Assembly (NCBI GenBank): GCA_020536535.1
Contig: JAHLWZ010000799.1
Span: 1-64,000 of the forward strand
Direction: 5' to 3'
Source: Pelomyxa schiedti
Lineage: Eukaryota; Protista; Evosea
DNA: 64,000 bases
Shown here: piece after piece, positions 48,801-62,600 of the stretch
How the letters are laid out: every line of letters starts with the position of its first letter
How positions within the stretch are numbered: the first letter of the stretch is position 1
Program-made: the position numbers and the translations under genes
Notes under the pieces: model-generated
What the model was told of the DNA's origin: nothing
What the model saw: the letters and a program-made list of their open reading frames with translations, nothing else
Databases searched by the model: none

Positions 48801-51800
48801 TGTGGCTTCTACGCTAAGATTATTGGCAGATTCCAAAAACAAATCTACACTCCAACGTGAAATGGACAAAGTTTTTCTTCGGAAACAAATTGTTATTTCC
48901 TTGTTTCTTTGTATTGCGATTCTAAACTCCTACAGACATGTTCTATGCACGATACAATTGAAGAATGGTGCATGAAGTCTTCTGTATCACTCCCACCTGC
49001 AGACGACTCGTACCCACCACCTCCACTTTCCTTCCAGGTAGGCCTACTCCTACAAAAGGAAAAAATAACTTGCACTAGGAAGCAGCCCGCCAGCGGTCCA
49101 AAGTAAAAAAGGGAAAAGTTCTGGATGTTGACCTCAGTCTACTTTTTTCAGAAGCAATGCACTGTATCACATATGTAACCTGAGTTGTATTGCTCCCTTC
49201 CCTGACATTCGTGAAGAACCCTGGAACTCTTTTCCATGGAACCTTGGAGAGTACCCAATTTCCTGGTGTATTTGTAAATCACGATGATAGAACTATAGCC
49301 TCAATGTGCTCCAGTGCAATGCAAAAAATCATCATCCGCCATCCCAAAGAAAGGACATTTATTATCGGAGTAATTTCCTCTGTTTTCCATCCTCTTTTAA
49401 CCGTCCACCAATAAGAGCTTTGCCAAACTGATCTCGGAGAGTGACCCTCTTAGTGCCCCAAGTACACATACTCTTCTGTTCCAAATGCAGGGTTTTGTTC
49501 AACTATGGATACTCTGCAAGTACTTTATTGACTTTCAACTTGGCAATGTTATTGAATACCCTTTTACTGCTGAAGACTATACAATGGTATCATCAAACTA
49601 TAGTGGTATGTGCCATTCTACTGTGCTCATATCTCAACTCAGGTTGAAACGTCGTTACTTCTGTGTTTATGTTTCCCTAGTCCTGATGTACAAATGGCCA
49701 GTCTTGCCACCCTGCAGCATTTAGCTTCACTGATCACGGTCGAGCGCAGGTGGTTCTGTGCATAGATTATAGTTAATCCACTGACTTGTCTTAAATCTCA
49801 GTGCATCAACTATTCTACACGAGGAAGACAAAATTATTATTGGAACTGAAGCAAGGTACATGACTTTGATCTCTAACGGACTTCCAACACCACCAGTATT
49901 ACACCCAGTTTGAAGGATGCCATTTCTCTAACTTGATGTGAAACAGCTTCAAGACACTACAATCTCGTTAGGTTCTATGGCAGCCAGTAGCACAAGCTAT
50001 CCCACGCTGTGGAATGCTGTACTTGCCGAAATTGGCCACCACCTCATCCAAGGGGTAGAATTAAAACAAATACAATTGCTCATGTTTCAACACCCATCTA
50101 GGAATATCATTTTACACCAAACCTGAGGGCACTTCTTAATAAGAAGCTCAAACAACTTGATGGTCTTCTTGGTTCTATCAACTCTTCTGATCAACCAATA
50201 AAATACACTTATGCTCTTCACTGTATGCTACTTTTTCTCTCGGTTTTTATAACACCCTTTTGCCAGTATGGCGAAACTATGGATCATTATACTTTTCTCT
50301 ATGTGGCATTAAATATTTCCCTGACTCTTTCAATGTGAGTACCAGTTTTTCCTTTTTTTTCTTTTTTAAAAAATACTCTTCCTTGCATTCCAAGTGGGCA
50401 CAAACTACAGCACTATTTGATGAAATCTCGGATATTTTACCATTGTTTTGGCAGGTTAGTGCCCAAAGTTTATGTGAGTTCTAGTCTTACAGTAAACAGC
50501 ATTTAATTGGTGATGATGAGACGCAACACGTATGTTTGGGGTCGATATTTAGTGCCTCCAGCTTTGCCTGCATTCCAGCGGTTTGCATATCACTAATTCA
50601 GTGGTATGTATGAGTGTGACATGCACTCCATTTGTAACAGTTTGATATTCAGGTGGAAATTACTTCTCAGTTCCTCAAAGTTCAATGAAAAGAAGAAGAT
50701 GACTATCTTCCGAAGAGTTCTTCTGGTATTGCGGTATTGCACTTCTCCAAATCCTGTTTGCTCCTAATGTGTAATTTTTCCCCTCAGACGGCTGAGTGAA
50801 GCACTTCAGTTCTCCCTCGCCATTTCTCTTTCTGCTGATTTGTCTCCTCTCCTAATATCCTTTGTTAATGAACTGCCAACACTGTGTATGACTTACTTTG
50901 TATCAATTTGATTCTGAAACACACAGATTCTCGAGAAAAAAAGGTTTTAGAACCTGGCACTTCTTTGGGCATCCCAATAAACCTTGGTTCAGCACCTAAA
51001 AACACAGCTCAGGTCTTCAGTAGCATCCTCAATAGCTCCATTCTCATTGCGAATTTATGTCACGCAATACATAAACCAAGCTCAGAGGATTTGATACAAC
51101 CCAGTATTCCTCTCCCCCTCTCAAGCTACTATTTAATGCCATAACAAACAAACTACAGCAAGGTCCCTGTTATTTTCCTCCATTCAAGATAGCAATTGGA
51201 AGATCGATGAGCGCAATCAATTGCTTGAATGGTTGATGAAACTTAGTGCAATAGAAGTACATACATCCTCTTGCCTCCTATTATCCTCCAATTGAATGGT
51301 TTTTTTTTTTCCCCCTCAACAAGGAAGGAGATAAAGTGCGCAAGTCCACTGAAGAAGATTCACCAATTGCCCTCGTGAAGTAGCTCACCTTTTCTTTATT
51401 TTATTTGTTCATTTTTTTTCCTCCAGGTGGAGTGCAACACAAGCTGCTGAAGAATTGATAAGTCTGGGTCCGTTAACAAAGCCTGGGGAGGCATTCCCTC
51501 GCAGCACCCTGGATTGGTCTATTGATCAAGTTGCCACATTTCTTCTATCATTCCAACAACCCTCACATCCAATAGGAAAAACAAGGATTCGGCCCTTTAA
51601 GGTGGATTCTAGCTTTTCATTATAACTCTGTTTTTCCTTTATATCTTGAGGAAATTTTCACCAGGTAAGTTCCTCCTTCAGTCTCAAAAGCATAACAAAG
51701 CATCCAATAGCAAGGATGATTCTGCTTCCTCCTTCCTTTATGCAATTTATTCGTATTTCTGTCCTACAAAGGTTCCATTATCTTTCTCTGAATCATGTGG

Positions 51801-54800
51801 TGACGAAAAAGACACAATTTTTTGGGAACGATTGAATTCCGACGCGGGCACTCTAATTTTTACTGGTACCTCTTAGTGAGGTTAGTTGTTTGTTAACTTT
51901 GTTGGTAGCGTTATTCCACTTGAATAAGTCAAACACTAAAATATGTCAACGGTCTTTCGATCTCCTTTTATGGATTGGGCCTTCTCTGTGTGATTCAACC
52001 TCAGCTTCCGATTTACACAGCCTACTCCTCCATCATAAAGTACGCCAAAGACAATAAAAATAAATAAATAAAGAAAAAAGATGAACCACTTCATAGATAG
52101 CCTTTAGTTCGGAAGTTCCATCCTTGCGACAAGAACATGCCCTTGCAATATCGGAAATTATGGCAAGTAATTGCTCTCGTCTTTCTCTTCATGCTTTAGT
52201 GTCTGCATTCAAGCAATCGCGGTACTTTCTACTTTGAACCGCCAACCCCTCTCAGAGTTAATACAGATTTATGTCACTCCAGAGCAAGAATTGGGCCATG
52301 CAGATTCTCATTCCTTGGATGTCGTCTTTAGCACTTTACAATGTTGACCACAAAAAGGCTTGGCTTTTTTCCTTTTAATCATGTTGGCAGATGTCTGAAG
52401 AGACTTGTGGTCAAACTTCAACAAATGTTCTAAAAAACTTGACAAGTCTCTTTACTGAACCGCTTTTTGGATGTGGAGATACTGTTGCTATCACTAGATG
52501 CTGGCAGCAACTCGCTTCAGAGTTGTAGCACCAAAACAAGTAATACTGCTAATACAACATACTAGATCTAAGGAAAACACGAACATTCTTTTCGATTTTC
52601 TCTTTCAACATCTATTGCAAACCACATCAAGAATTGGCACCTCAGTAAGTAGCATCTAGCTTTCTTATTGTTAAAAAAAGAAAAACCCTCCCTCTTCCAG
52701 ATAACTACATCTTTTTTTGCCGTCAGGCAGGAAGACTCACTGGAATATCTCCTCAAATATTTCACTTTCCAGACTACACCACCACTTCCATCCACACAAG
52801 CCGCTTCTTCTGACGTTTATTCAAAACAATATATTGACATAGCATGCATTCTGATTGGTGAAATGTAAATATATCTTCCAAAACTTTTTCCCCTAAGTGC
52901 TCCACATTCCAGGATAACTGAAAATTTTACACCCTTCTTACCTCATCTTCATTTCCTCTTGAACTATTCCCTGCTTCATTTCAACTATGGCACTCACAAA
53001 CAATGCAAACTTCTGCTGCGAAGCTCTTGCCTTTCCATGCTCCATGCACAGAGTCAGTCTATTATCTTGTTTATAATATTTACTTTGCATCCTTCAGGCT
53101 TGTTAACAGTACTTTTTTAGAGTTGTATGACACAAGTGATGCTGTGTATCGCCTGTATGACATTATGACCTGCCTACGTGATCCCAGTAAAACTATAACG
53201 TTCAGACCAAACATGTGAGTTCCCACATCACAGGATTCCACTTAAAAAGAAATTTCCAGTGATACAGATGCAATTTCCGCTTTTGCAGTTGTAGAAAAGT
53301 AATTTCGAAAAACCTTGCTTCATTCTTATCACTACAGGCTGACTAAGTACCTTGCTACTGTCTATCCAACTGTTATCGATAGTTGGTTGAAAGAGTTACT
53401 GCTATGGTGTGCAGGAAATAAAGTAGGCCAGTGCAATTACACTCTTGTAGAAACACACCTTTAGGAAAAATCTGATTCGACCATTGAGCTTAGAGCGATG
53501 AAAATTCTGTGCATCGTTGTTGGAGTTGCACCCCCACCGCCTGAAACATTGAGCATGCTTCTGTGGTCACTATCTGACTCTACATTACAGATAGAACAGA
53601 TGGAGTGGGTTAACTTCATTATTATTATTATCTTATCCCTTTTTTAGTGCTGTAAAACAAAAAAGCATTTGGGTGAGCCAGACGAAAACAAATGCACAAG
53701 CCAAAGTACAACAGATTTTGTCAGTTTTAGAGGTATTCACCTTGCATCAACTTATTATTGTCAAGTTCTAACCAATGCAACAGCAAGTTATTCCTCTTAT
53801 TTCTCCGGAACACAAAATTGGGTTGTATTGGGTGGTTGTTGTACTTCTTAGTTCTTCTATGGTGCAATACTTTCTGCCTCAGTGTTTGGTGAGATTTGAA
53901 AATCTCAATTATAACATCCAGCCTTACTTCAAAATAATCAGTCAATTTTACTTATGTTGACGGAAAATTCTGTGTTCACTAAACTTGGTGATGCCGACGC
54001 ACTCCTCTTTACAGTTAGTCTTGAAAAGTCCAACCTCCCCTTGTCTTATAGCGGGTTGCAGCACCTTCTTTTTCAAGTACTCAAAATAACAAGCCTACAA
54101 CGGATTTACCTTATCTTTATGGCGGCAGGGATTATTTCATGAAGAATCTGAGTTCAAAGCAGTCAACCTTATCGCCATTATGCTGGGATTACCCGATGAC
54201 AAATCTTTACTGGTGAGTACTTCAAGCTTCAAGCACTGTGCTGCTGTGGCTGGGCTCTTACCTTGGCTGCATCATAAGCTAACTTTACGCTATTGGCTCA
54301 AGTCCGATTACCTTCAACAGGTTTTAAATCCCTTCACTCATCAACATTCTGGTTAATCTGACCTGTTAACAGGTTCTCTCCGCAGTCTCTAAGCTTGCAA
54401 CTGCATTGAGTACCAAATCAAAATTCCAAGGCACAGCTGCAGCATTAGAGAGGTATCTTGCCGGAAAAATATTGCCTCAGGAGTTCATCATATGCGTTTG
54501 CAAAGAACTTGTGGCGCATGGATTAGACACTTGTTCAATCATATGCGAAAGTATATAATATTCAATGCAAATAAGAAGGTCTAATATTCATGTAGTCCTA
54601 CATAGTATGCTTTCAGAGATTGGGTGTATGTTGGATTCCCTCTTTTGTGTTGCGGATGCCCTGCTCCAGCACCACCAACCGGGATCTGTGCCACTTTATA
54701 TGAACCATCTTCAAGGAATAATTCAAGTTGTACTTCTGAAATCTTACAAAGTTAATACTTTCTAGCGTGCAGTGCAAAATTCCACTTCATGTCCCTCTGC

Positions 54801-56299
54801 GAAAATTTTATTGGCCACTGTGAGTTTTCTCATTGTTGAACCTGGAGATTCAATAAAAATCAAATCAGCCGCCTCTGAACCTGCCAAATTTTCGTATGTT
54901 CTAATTCCTTTCCCACATATCACCAACCGAAAGTTAGAGCCGGCAGGGCAGTTCAGATTGTAACTGATGTGATAATGCACCTGCCTCGTTTCCCCCCTCT
55001 GTCTGGTCTATCATCTGGTCTATCATCTGGGCTTTCATTGGAATCGTCACACAGATCATCAAAGTAATTTTGCAAATTACTATATTATACCTATAACAAG
55101 AACAGAAAACGCGTCGAGCGACACCGTAGTCACACAAAAACACACCACAAAAAATCCCATCACTCCACAATGAAAACTCAGAGATTATCAGGTTCTAGTC
55201 TCCCCAGTTTTCTTGTGCTCCTTTTTAACTTTCAATTCCACTTAGAGTCACCACAACTTGAGAAGCGTTCTCATGCTCCCTCACATCACTCTAGTGATAG
55301 CGCTTCCAGTAAGGGGTCATCATCTAGGCATAAACCTGAAAGTTCAACAACCCCAGACCTCCACAACAGTGTTCCCATTACAACAAAGTCTGATACCAAT
55401 ACCACACATCAAGAGGAAAGCTCCACCCCATGCCCCGCTATTCCCACTGTCACTGCTGTATCAATTCCTTCCTTTTCTATATCGTCCACAGTCCCAGGAA
55501 GCGACTCGGTGGTCTCAGTTTTTAGGCCACAAGTAACAACCATCAGGGCCAATGTAATAAGAATCATTCCCAGTGCGGAATCTGTTGTAGCCCAGCCTGT
55601 GCAGGCACCTGTTACTCCTTCACCAGTTGCGACATCTCCCACTGTGATAACACCAACAGCAGTCATCTCCCCAACTAACGTTTCTTCCACAAACTTTTTA
55701 CTCCCTCCAGTACACCATAATTCCTCCACCAACGTAACAGTGGTCACACCAGTATCACTCACACCCACTGTTATTACACCAAAAAACATCATCACTCCAA
55801 TGCAGTCACTATCTCCAGTAGTGGCTTCAAATTCACCTCCCATGGAAACACATGGCAATGACAGCACCACAATAGCAACAGCAGTCCGGGCCCAACCAAT
55901 AATTCCTATTCAACAGCAGCAACCCCTCATGCAAGTGATTGCAAGTCGCGTAATTCAAGCAGTGGAGTCAGAAGAAGGAGCACACTCTGGCTACTCTTCT
56001 TCCGCATCCTCCAGCTCAGCATCATACCACTCATATGACGGCTCTTCTGACTCCTCATTCTCTGACGGCAGCGTTGTCTACCAGGCACCTGTCATCAGAG
56101 TTTCCACCAAGATAGTGAGTGCTGCCGGTCCCGATACACCTTCACCACAGGTACTATTATTACTTTACATGGTTTTAATTATTAACAAATTATGTTGTAC
56201 TGATATTCTTACACCCAAACATAGGTACCGGAGGAAGAAGCCAGTTCTCCTCCTCCAGACTTTGACCTTAGTGACTTGGAACCGCACCTGGGTTCATAA
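45881..56299 (+). CDS. Giant alpha-solenoid protein, probably Furry/Tao3/Mor2 (NDR-kinase scaffold) family
   Basis: About 10 kb of collinear short helical exons. Fry-like motifs LPHLHFLLNYSLL, WLKELLLWC...RAMKIL, YSGLQHLLFQ|G, VAGLLPWL. S/T/P-rich tail; stop at 56297-56299. Confidence 0.6.
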
Positions 56300-56519
56300 C
56301 AACCAAACAACCAATAGGCCGCTTCTTTGTATATCATACATAACAACTTTGGAGAGTTTTTGTAAAACAAAACTTTTTTCGATTTTTGCTTTTTTGGCAT
56401 TTTTTGTTTTTGGCATGATGACAGATTGCCTTTCCGATTGTCAAGATTTGCCGGTTGTTGCGGAAGAGGTTAGGCAGATCTCAGGGTGCCAGTTCCGTAA
56501 ATAAAAAAAGGGTCAGTGT

Positions 56520-57861
56520 GATGGCAGATCAGCATACCCAAGAAGAAGCACAGCATGATGCACCCAGAAAACAGCCCATTAGTGACTTGAGCTTTTCGAA
56601 TTTCCTCAAGGAGTTCATGGAACGATACCCTCCTGTCCGTGTGTTTCCGCATGGATCTCTCAGTACTGAGGAAGCAGATACGCTTTCAGAGACTGCATCT
56701 TTGCCTCCTTGTCCAACATTAGTTCCCAGCGTAAGATACACAAGAGGTTTGTACTTCCGCCAAGTAATTAACATGTTTGTTACAGGTGTGGTTCCGAGTG
56801 GCGACGTACTTGGTAATCGATCCACTTGATTTGATAAAGCTGGGGCAGTGTTGCCATTTTCTGCGGATGGTTCGAAACTTGTTCCCTTGGCAAACGTAAA
56901 CTAACAGTGACTGCTAGATGTCAAATATTCTCTGGAACAGATTGTTTGCCTCTTTGTATCCGCCCTATGAGGTTTGTGCAGCGCAAGCCGCAGTGAAAAA
57001 TAAGCCAGTGTGCTAACTTGGAGAAGGTCGAAATGAGCTCTCAGGTATCTGCTATGCGTGCGATGTGGTCCCAACAATCTGGAAAGTGCTGTTTGTGCAG
57101 GCATGAAATGTGGGTGATTGTACAGCACCAAATTTACACGGTAATCCCTCCCGAAGTCAATATTTCTTTGGTTTTCACTCGTTTATCAGTGCCGTGACTG
57201 TTTCTGTAAATTGTGGATGACGCGGTATGGACCTCTGTACTTGAACAAAAATCTCACACCCAGCTCAAATCTCAGTGGACAATGTTCAGAGGAGTTTGCA
57301 TTTACCAGCAAGCAGATACCCACATTGAAGCGCACCGTTCCAATGGTGGAGTGTCTCGGAGCAACACTGTTTTTACGGGGAGGTGTGTCAACTGAGTGTC
57401 CAATAAACAACTGAAACTGAATGACCCCATTCCTAGTTGCACACCAGTATGCTCTGAAAACTATTGGACAAGAAGGGATCACCAAAAGATTGGAATACCG
57501 CAAGACCAAGAGGATGAAGCAGCCCCTTCATGTGGAAATCAAGGACACCTGGGCACTTGTGATGGCACTCAATCCTGCAAAACCACTCTTCAAGAGCGTA
57601 CGATGCGTCCCGGCCAAGGAATTATCCGCCGAAGCATCGCCTGCAGAATGCGCAGAGAAGAAGGTGCTCCCGGCCAAGAGGAAAGGAGCGTGCGCCGCAC
57701 ATCTCAAAGCAGAAAATGGCACACCGCCGCCGCCCACGCATAAGCGCCCACGCATCATACGGGGGTACCGATACGTCGACCCCATATCGGCACAACCACC
57801 TCCCCCCATCTCCCTTGCAGACGGCACCTTCTCGCCAGAGCATAGTTCCTGTTTGTTATAA
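56520..57861 (+). CDS. C4 zinc-finger protein with XPA/Rad14-like DNA-binding region
   Basis: CCLC...YT|CRDC, then QCSEEFAFTSKQI...TLFLRG|VAHQYALKTIGQEGITKRLEYRKTKRMKQ. Confidence 0.45.
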
Positions 57862-57982
57862 ACCAACTTTCGAATGGCGGTGTGATCGAAAAACTTTCTT
57901 GGCAGAAGAATGCCCCGAATAGCCCATAATTTATGTAGAAGGAGAGGCGGGGGATTTTCGAGGTCTGGGCGGAGGAGGTCCT

Positions 57983-59474
57983 TCATACCTTCTCGGCCTT
58001 TTGGCTAAGATCAAGTGTAGTATCTGTTCTTTTCAGCTTAATATCTGAAAGCTGCCCATTGGGTAGCATCGATATTAAACTTATTTTTCGTGGGGTCGTT
58101 GGGGGTGCCTGGTTGGTGGTGGGGCTTGCTCCGCCGCCAACTTGGGCTCCCTCCTGATTGCCCAGGCACTGCACTGCCGCCTCGTGTGGTCAGCCCCACT
58201 CCCAATTCAAGCAATACAAATCATTTCAGTTACAGAGAGGACTACTCACCAACCAGTGTTATACGCAGGGGTGGATTTCTTTTTTGTACAGAAACCTAGA
58301 AGGCTCTTGGAACGAATTTCACGGCTACTGAAGTTCCAGCCGAATCGTACACAACGAGTTCGTGATGTGGGGGGCAAGCTACCCTCAGTTCAGAGAGTGT
58401 GTGGGCAGAAGGTTCGTGTGGGAAGGCCAACATCACCCTGTTGACTGCATTGCGGCAGTTCTTGGTCAGATAGTCACTGATTCTCTTTGTGGAGAGCAAA
58501 GGTTCTGCGTAGTTCATGAAGAGTAGGGTCTGTGGTGTGCAAGGGCAGTCGGTGATCGGCTTCCTCTGCACAGTAACTCGCGAGGGTGGAAAGAAGTGCC
58601 TTGGGAACCTCAGGAAGCCTTCATCCGTGTCAATAATGAAGAACCGCAGGCTGTCTAGAACTGCCCGCGAGTGAGCCGTAGTGATGGCCGAAAAAATAAG
58701 TGTGGTGAGGCACCCTCTCGCATCAGAGATGTACACTGTGTTGGTCATTCCCGGAACTACCATTGAGGCAAAAGTGCGGGCCCGGATATTCAGGCTCGAG
58801 AAGCTGAGAGACTTGTCCTGCAGAGCCCATGTTTCGCAGTACTTTTCGTTTGCATCGGTCCACCTGCTCAGCAGTGGTTCTCTCAATGCTGGATTCTCCG
58901 CACGGGGGATCAACACGGGAGAAGGCGGTAATTTGGAACTCTCGTGTACCTAGTGTATAATTAGAATGATGCCAATGTGTAACTTGTTACGAAAAAATGT
59001 TTATCCGTGCTGAGTAGATTAGACAGTCAAGGCATACCAGTCGTGTATAAAGAACAATGAGAGCCAATTCAAGACCGTACATGTCAGAGACATGCTCCCA
59101 CTGAGATAGCTTCACAGCAACGTCCTCAACAGAGTCATGGCTGTGACTCTTTGCTTTCTTGTTGCCCATACACTTTTCGCACTGCATGGGCACATTCATT
59201 CACCGCATTTAATGAGGGAATTTTACGCTTCATTACATTCATATGACAATGTAATGGTCATATAGTACTAGAAAGTGTACCATCCACGTACTTTGTGTTG
59301 CAGATACAAATTGGCCAGTGCAATTGCAGTGCGTGCTAATGACGTGCCATTTGTAGTTGCTTCGGTCAACTTGGCTCTCGGCACACCGCGCCTCGAGCAC
59401 AACTCCGAAAATAGGTCGATGTAGTGCCCCATTGTGGGAGGAACCTTAGGGGTGTGACTTCGAGTTGTTCTCAC
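57983..59474 (-). CDS. Hypothetical protein with possible C-terminal WH2-like motif
   Basis: Collinear ORFs 59268-59474, 58987-59199, 58296-58916 and 57983-58174, ending LISMLPNGQLSDIKLKRT. Start uncertain. Confidence 0.5.
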
Positions 59475-59615
59475 ATCTACTAACCCTTGGGCAAGAACCT
59501 ACGCACCACAGCCACTGCCGCCATTTCCAATCACAACTGCCGTGAGGTTTCGTAAACGCTTCGTTTTTCAACAACAACGAAACTTCAGGTCTTCGAGACA
59601 TCAAAAAAATCCGAG

Positions 59616-62600
59616 ATGGCCTCGATGGCTGAACAGGTGGAACTGCTCAGGTCCTTCACGTCGTCACTGAGTGAGAGGCTCTCAGTGCTCGAGCACGCGG
59701 TGTCGATGCTCACGCACGTCGCCGTCTCGCCTGAAACACTGTCGCCGCTCGAGCCCCGGTTGTGCGCCCTTGAATCTGCCTTGATCTCGAGACCGCCTTT
59801 GTTCGCGCTCAAGGATCTCAGAGGATTCGACTTTGCCAAGTACTGTGCCTGGCCAACGGACGAGGCGAAGACACAGGGGTGTTTTGAGGCGGCGGAGCCG
59901 GGGTTCGGCCTGCCGGGATTATGGGTGCCAGGCCGCGATCTGTCGGGCTGCAATTTGTCGGGAGGCAACTTGCCAGGGTCTTGCTTCAATGGCTGCGTCA
60001 TGAGAAATTCGAACTTGAGCAGGTGCAACTTGGGCGCAAGTTGCTCAATGAGCCACGCCGACCTGTGCGAGGCCAAGTTCTGTTCCTCTGAATTATTCGG
60101 AACGAATCTGCAGTATTCCGTGCTGAGCAGAGCCGATTTTAGTGATGCGGAATTCAGAGATGCTTTTCTGACTGGGGCTGAGTTGGAGGGTGCTTGCTTT
60201 CAGCGGTGCAAAATTTCCGGGGTTGGAATTGGGGGATATAACCTCCCTGGCCTGAGTGGGGCAAAGAAAGTGCTCGATGGAATTGATTTCAGCTGGTCCA
60301 GATGGACAAACGTGGTGATCAAATCTGTGGAATTCTCCAACTGTCAGTTTGATCACGCTGTTATTTCGAATTGCCAATTTCTGGAATGTGTGTTTTCCAA
60401 GACCTGCACATTTCAAATGACTGTGTTTGATGGAAGTTCTTCTGCACTGAAGTGTCTATTTAGTGAGACTACGTTTGATCAGACTTGCTTTTCCGGCCCC
60501 AGCTTGTCTATTCTCGTGCACCTGGAGAAATCTACTTTTGACTACTGTCAATTCAAAACCTGTTCAATCAATAATGCATCTATGGCTGGTTCTCGGCTGT
60601 GTGGTTCGGAATTTCGGGACACAAAGCTTACCAAAGTGATTCTTGCGGGTTCTGATGCCTCACAAGCTGCCTTTCTGAATTGTCACTTTGAGGATGTGGA
60701 ATTTAAGGAGGTTTCTTTGCGTGGTACAGATTGCAGTAGCTCTACTTTTGTGAGGTGTCCGCTTGGTGATGCCTACATAGCCAATACAAATTTCTCTAAT
60801 TCTCGTGTTGACCTCTCAACGGAACTCCCCTTTATCCTGACTGTTACATCTGCTGATGTTTTTGCGAGAGACATCTACACCACAGGTGTGTTGCTTGTTG
60901 AGTTGGAAAAACTTTCACTGTTGAATAGTGTGGCATGTTCCTTCCAGGGAAATTTGTGTGTAATCAAGGCAAAAGTTGAAGGTCAACGCTTTTATACAAC
61001 AGTGGCTACAGGTTACGGCTTCTCCGATAGCAGTACAAGAGCAGTGGAATTTGTTTGCGCAGTTGTGACAAAGGACCTCTTAATTGAATGTGTGGAGAGT
61101 ACATTAGACCCGCAGAGTATTCGATTGACTGGCACACAGCTTAATAAAAGCACAATTTCCATTCCGTATCCCACTGTCAAAACCCTGACGGGAATTAATA
61201 CTTCCAGAAACCCCAGAATCACTTCATTGCCACATGAAGTGCCACGTAGGTTACTAGTGGTAAATCAGGCTCTTTCTTCTCGGCATGTACAGCTTCATCA
61301 ATTTGTACTGTGGCTGCAGATCATAATTTCCCAAGTAATACCAATGTTCGTTGACCACTTCCCAGTGGAGCAAAAACTCCAATACTTCACTTGTCTCCTA
61401 AGTGCTGCTCCCGTTCTGCGCTTTACTATTGGCAATTCTATGTTGAGAGAATTTGGATACAAAGTCACCCTTACACGTATACTCTCGTGTCCTTTTGAAG
61501 AAAGGGTTTTCGAGTGGTTTCTGAACAAGTTTTTGTTGGAATTTGGTGCATCTTGCTGGCCGGAGATAGATGAACTCTTGTTTTATGTGTCTAAGCTGGT
61601 GTGCCCTGCTGCTTTCAGTATGGTGTGGCAGAAGACACCTCAAAACACAAAGTTCTTCTCAAATTTGAGGATTTCAACTTTGGTTGCTGCCTATCAGGTG
61701 TGAGGTGCACCTTTGGAGGTTTCCTTTTGTGAAGAACCTCACCCTCCCAAGGTAGCAACACTCGAGATTATGAAAGATTATACTCCACAACTTGTCATGA
61801 GAGATTATCCACCTGATGTCAATCGATATTTCACGGCCCTAGAAAATGCTTCCCTAAACGAGATTGTACCCCCTTCACAGAGCTTACCTTTCCTAAAACA
61901 GTCTTATGGTGTACACCTTCTTTCGGATACCTGGCTCTTCATGTGCTGCAGAAGTGGCAACTCCACTCTTCTGGGATTTATCTTGGATGAACTGACACCT
62001 GAATCAATACCTCTTCTTGCCCATACCGCATGCCACTCCGGTTTGCTCTTTCTACTATGGTTTTTTGTGTATTTAAACACTAATACAGGTAATATTGGCA
62101 TTCTCAAAACTGTTGTGAATAGACTATCTTTGAGAGAAGCAGATTTCTTTTCTGGAGTAAACGAAAATTCAGATTTCCGTTCACAACCTCCAGAACTGCC
62201 ATCTGATCCGGTGTTAATGTACCCGTCACTCGACTATCCACCACTTAGCACTGCGTGCAAACACCTCTCTTTACTAAAGTGGTTAATGAAGCACATCAAC
62301 TTCAGCCGTAAAGCCATTTTATACTGCCTTGGCATTTGTTGTGCCAACACTGATAAAGAACCAGCACTTTGGATTGTCTCCACTTTTCGAATTAGCAGTG
62401 AAGACCTCGCAATGTGGGTTCAGTGGGCAAATATCAACCCTATCTTACAATGGCGGGTATGGCTTGCTTCTATTGCACCCGAAACTTTGCCCTCAAGAAA
62501 TGGTATCCAAAATAGTTTCTGTCTCTCTTATATTCTAGTTCTAACTTCCGGACCAGTCAAATTGATTCTATTGCTCTGGGGAGCAGGGGGTGGAGGAGCT

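Noticed and set aside
55002-55030. 12-nt tandem repeat (tctggtctatca)
   Set aside because: Only about 2.5 copies, encoding SGLS in a low-complexity exon.
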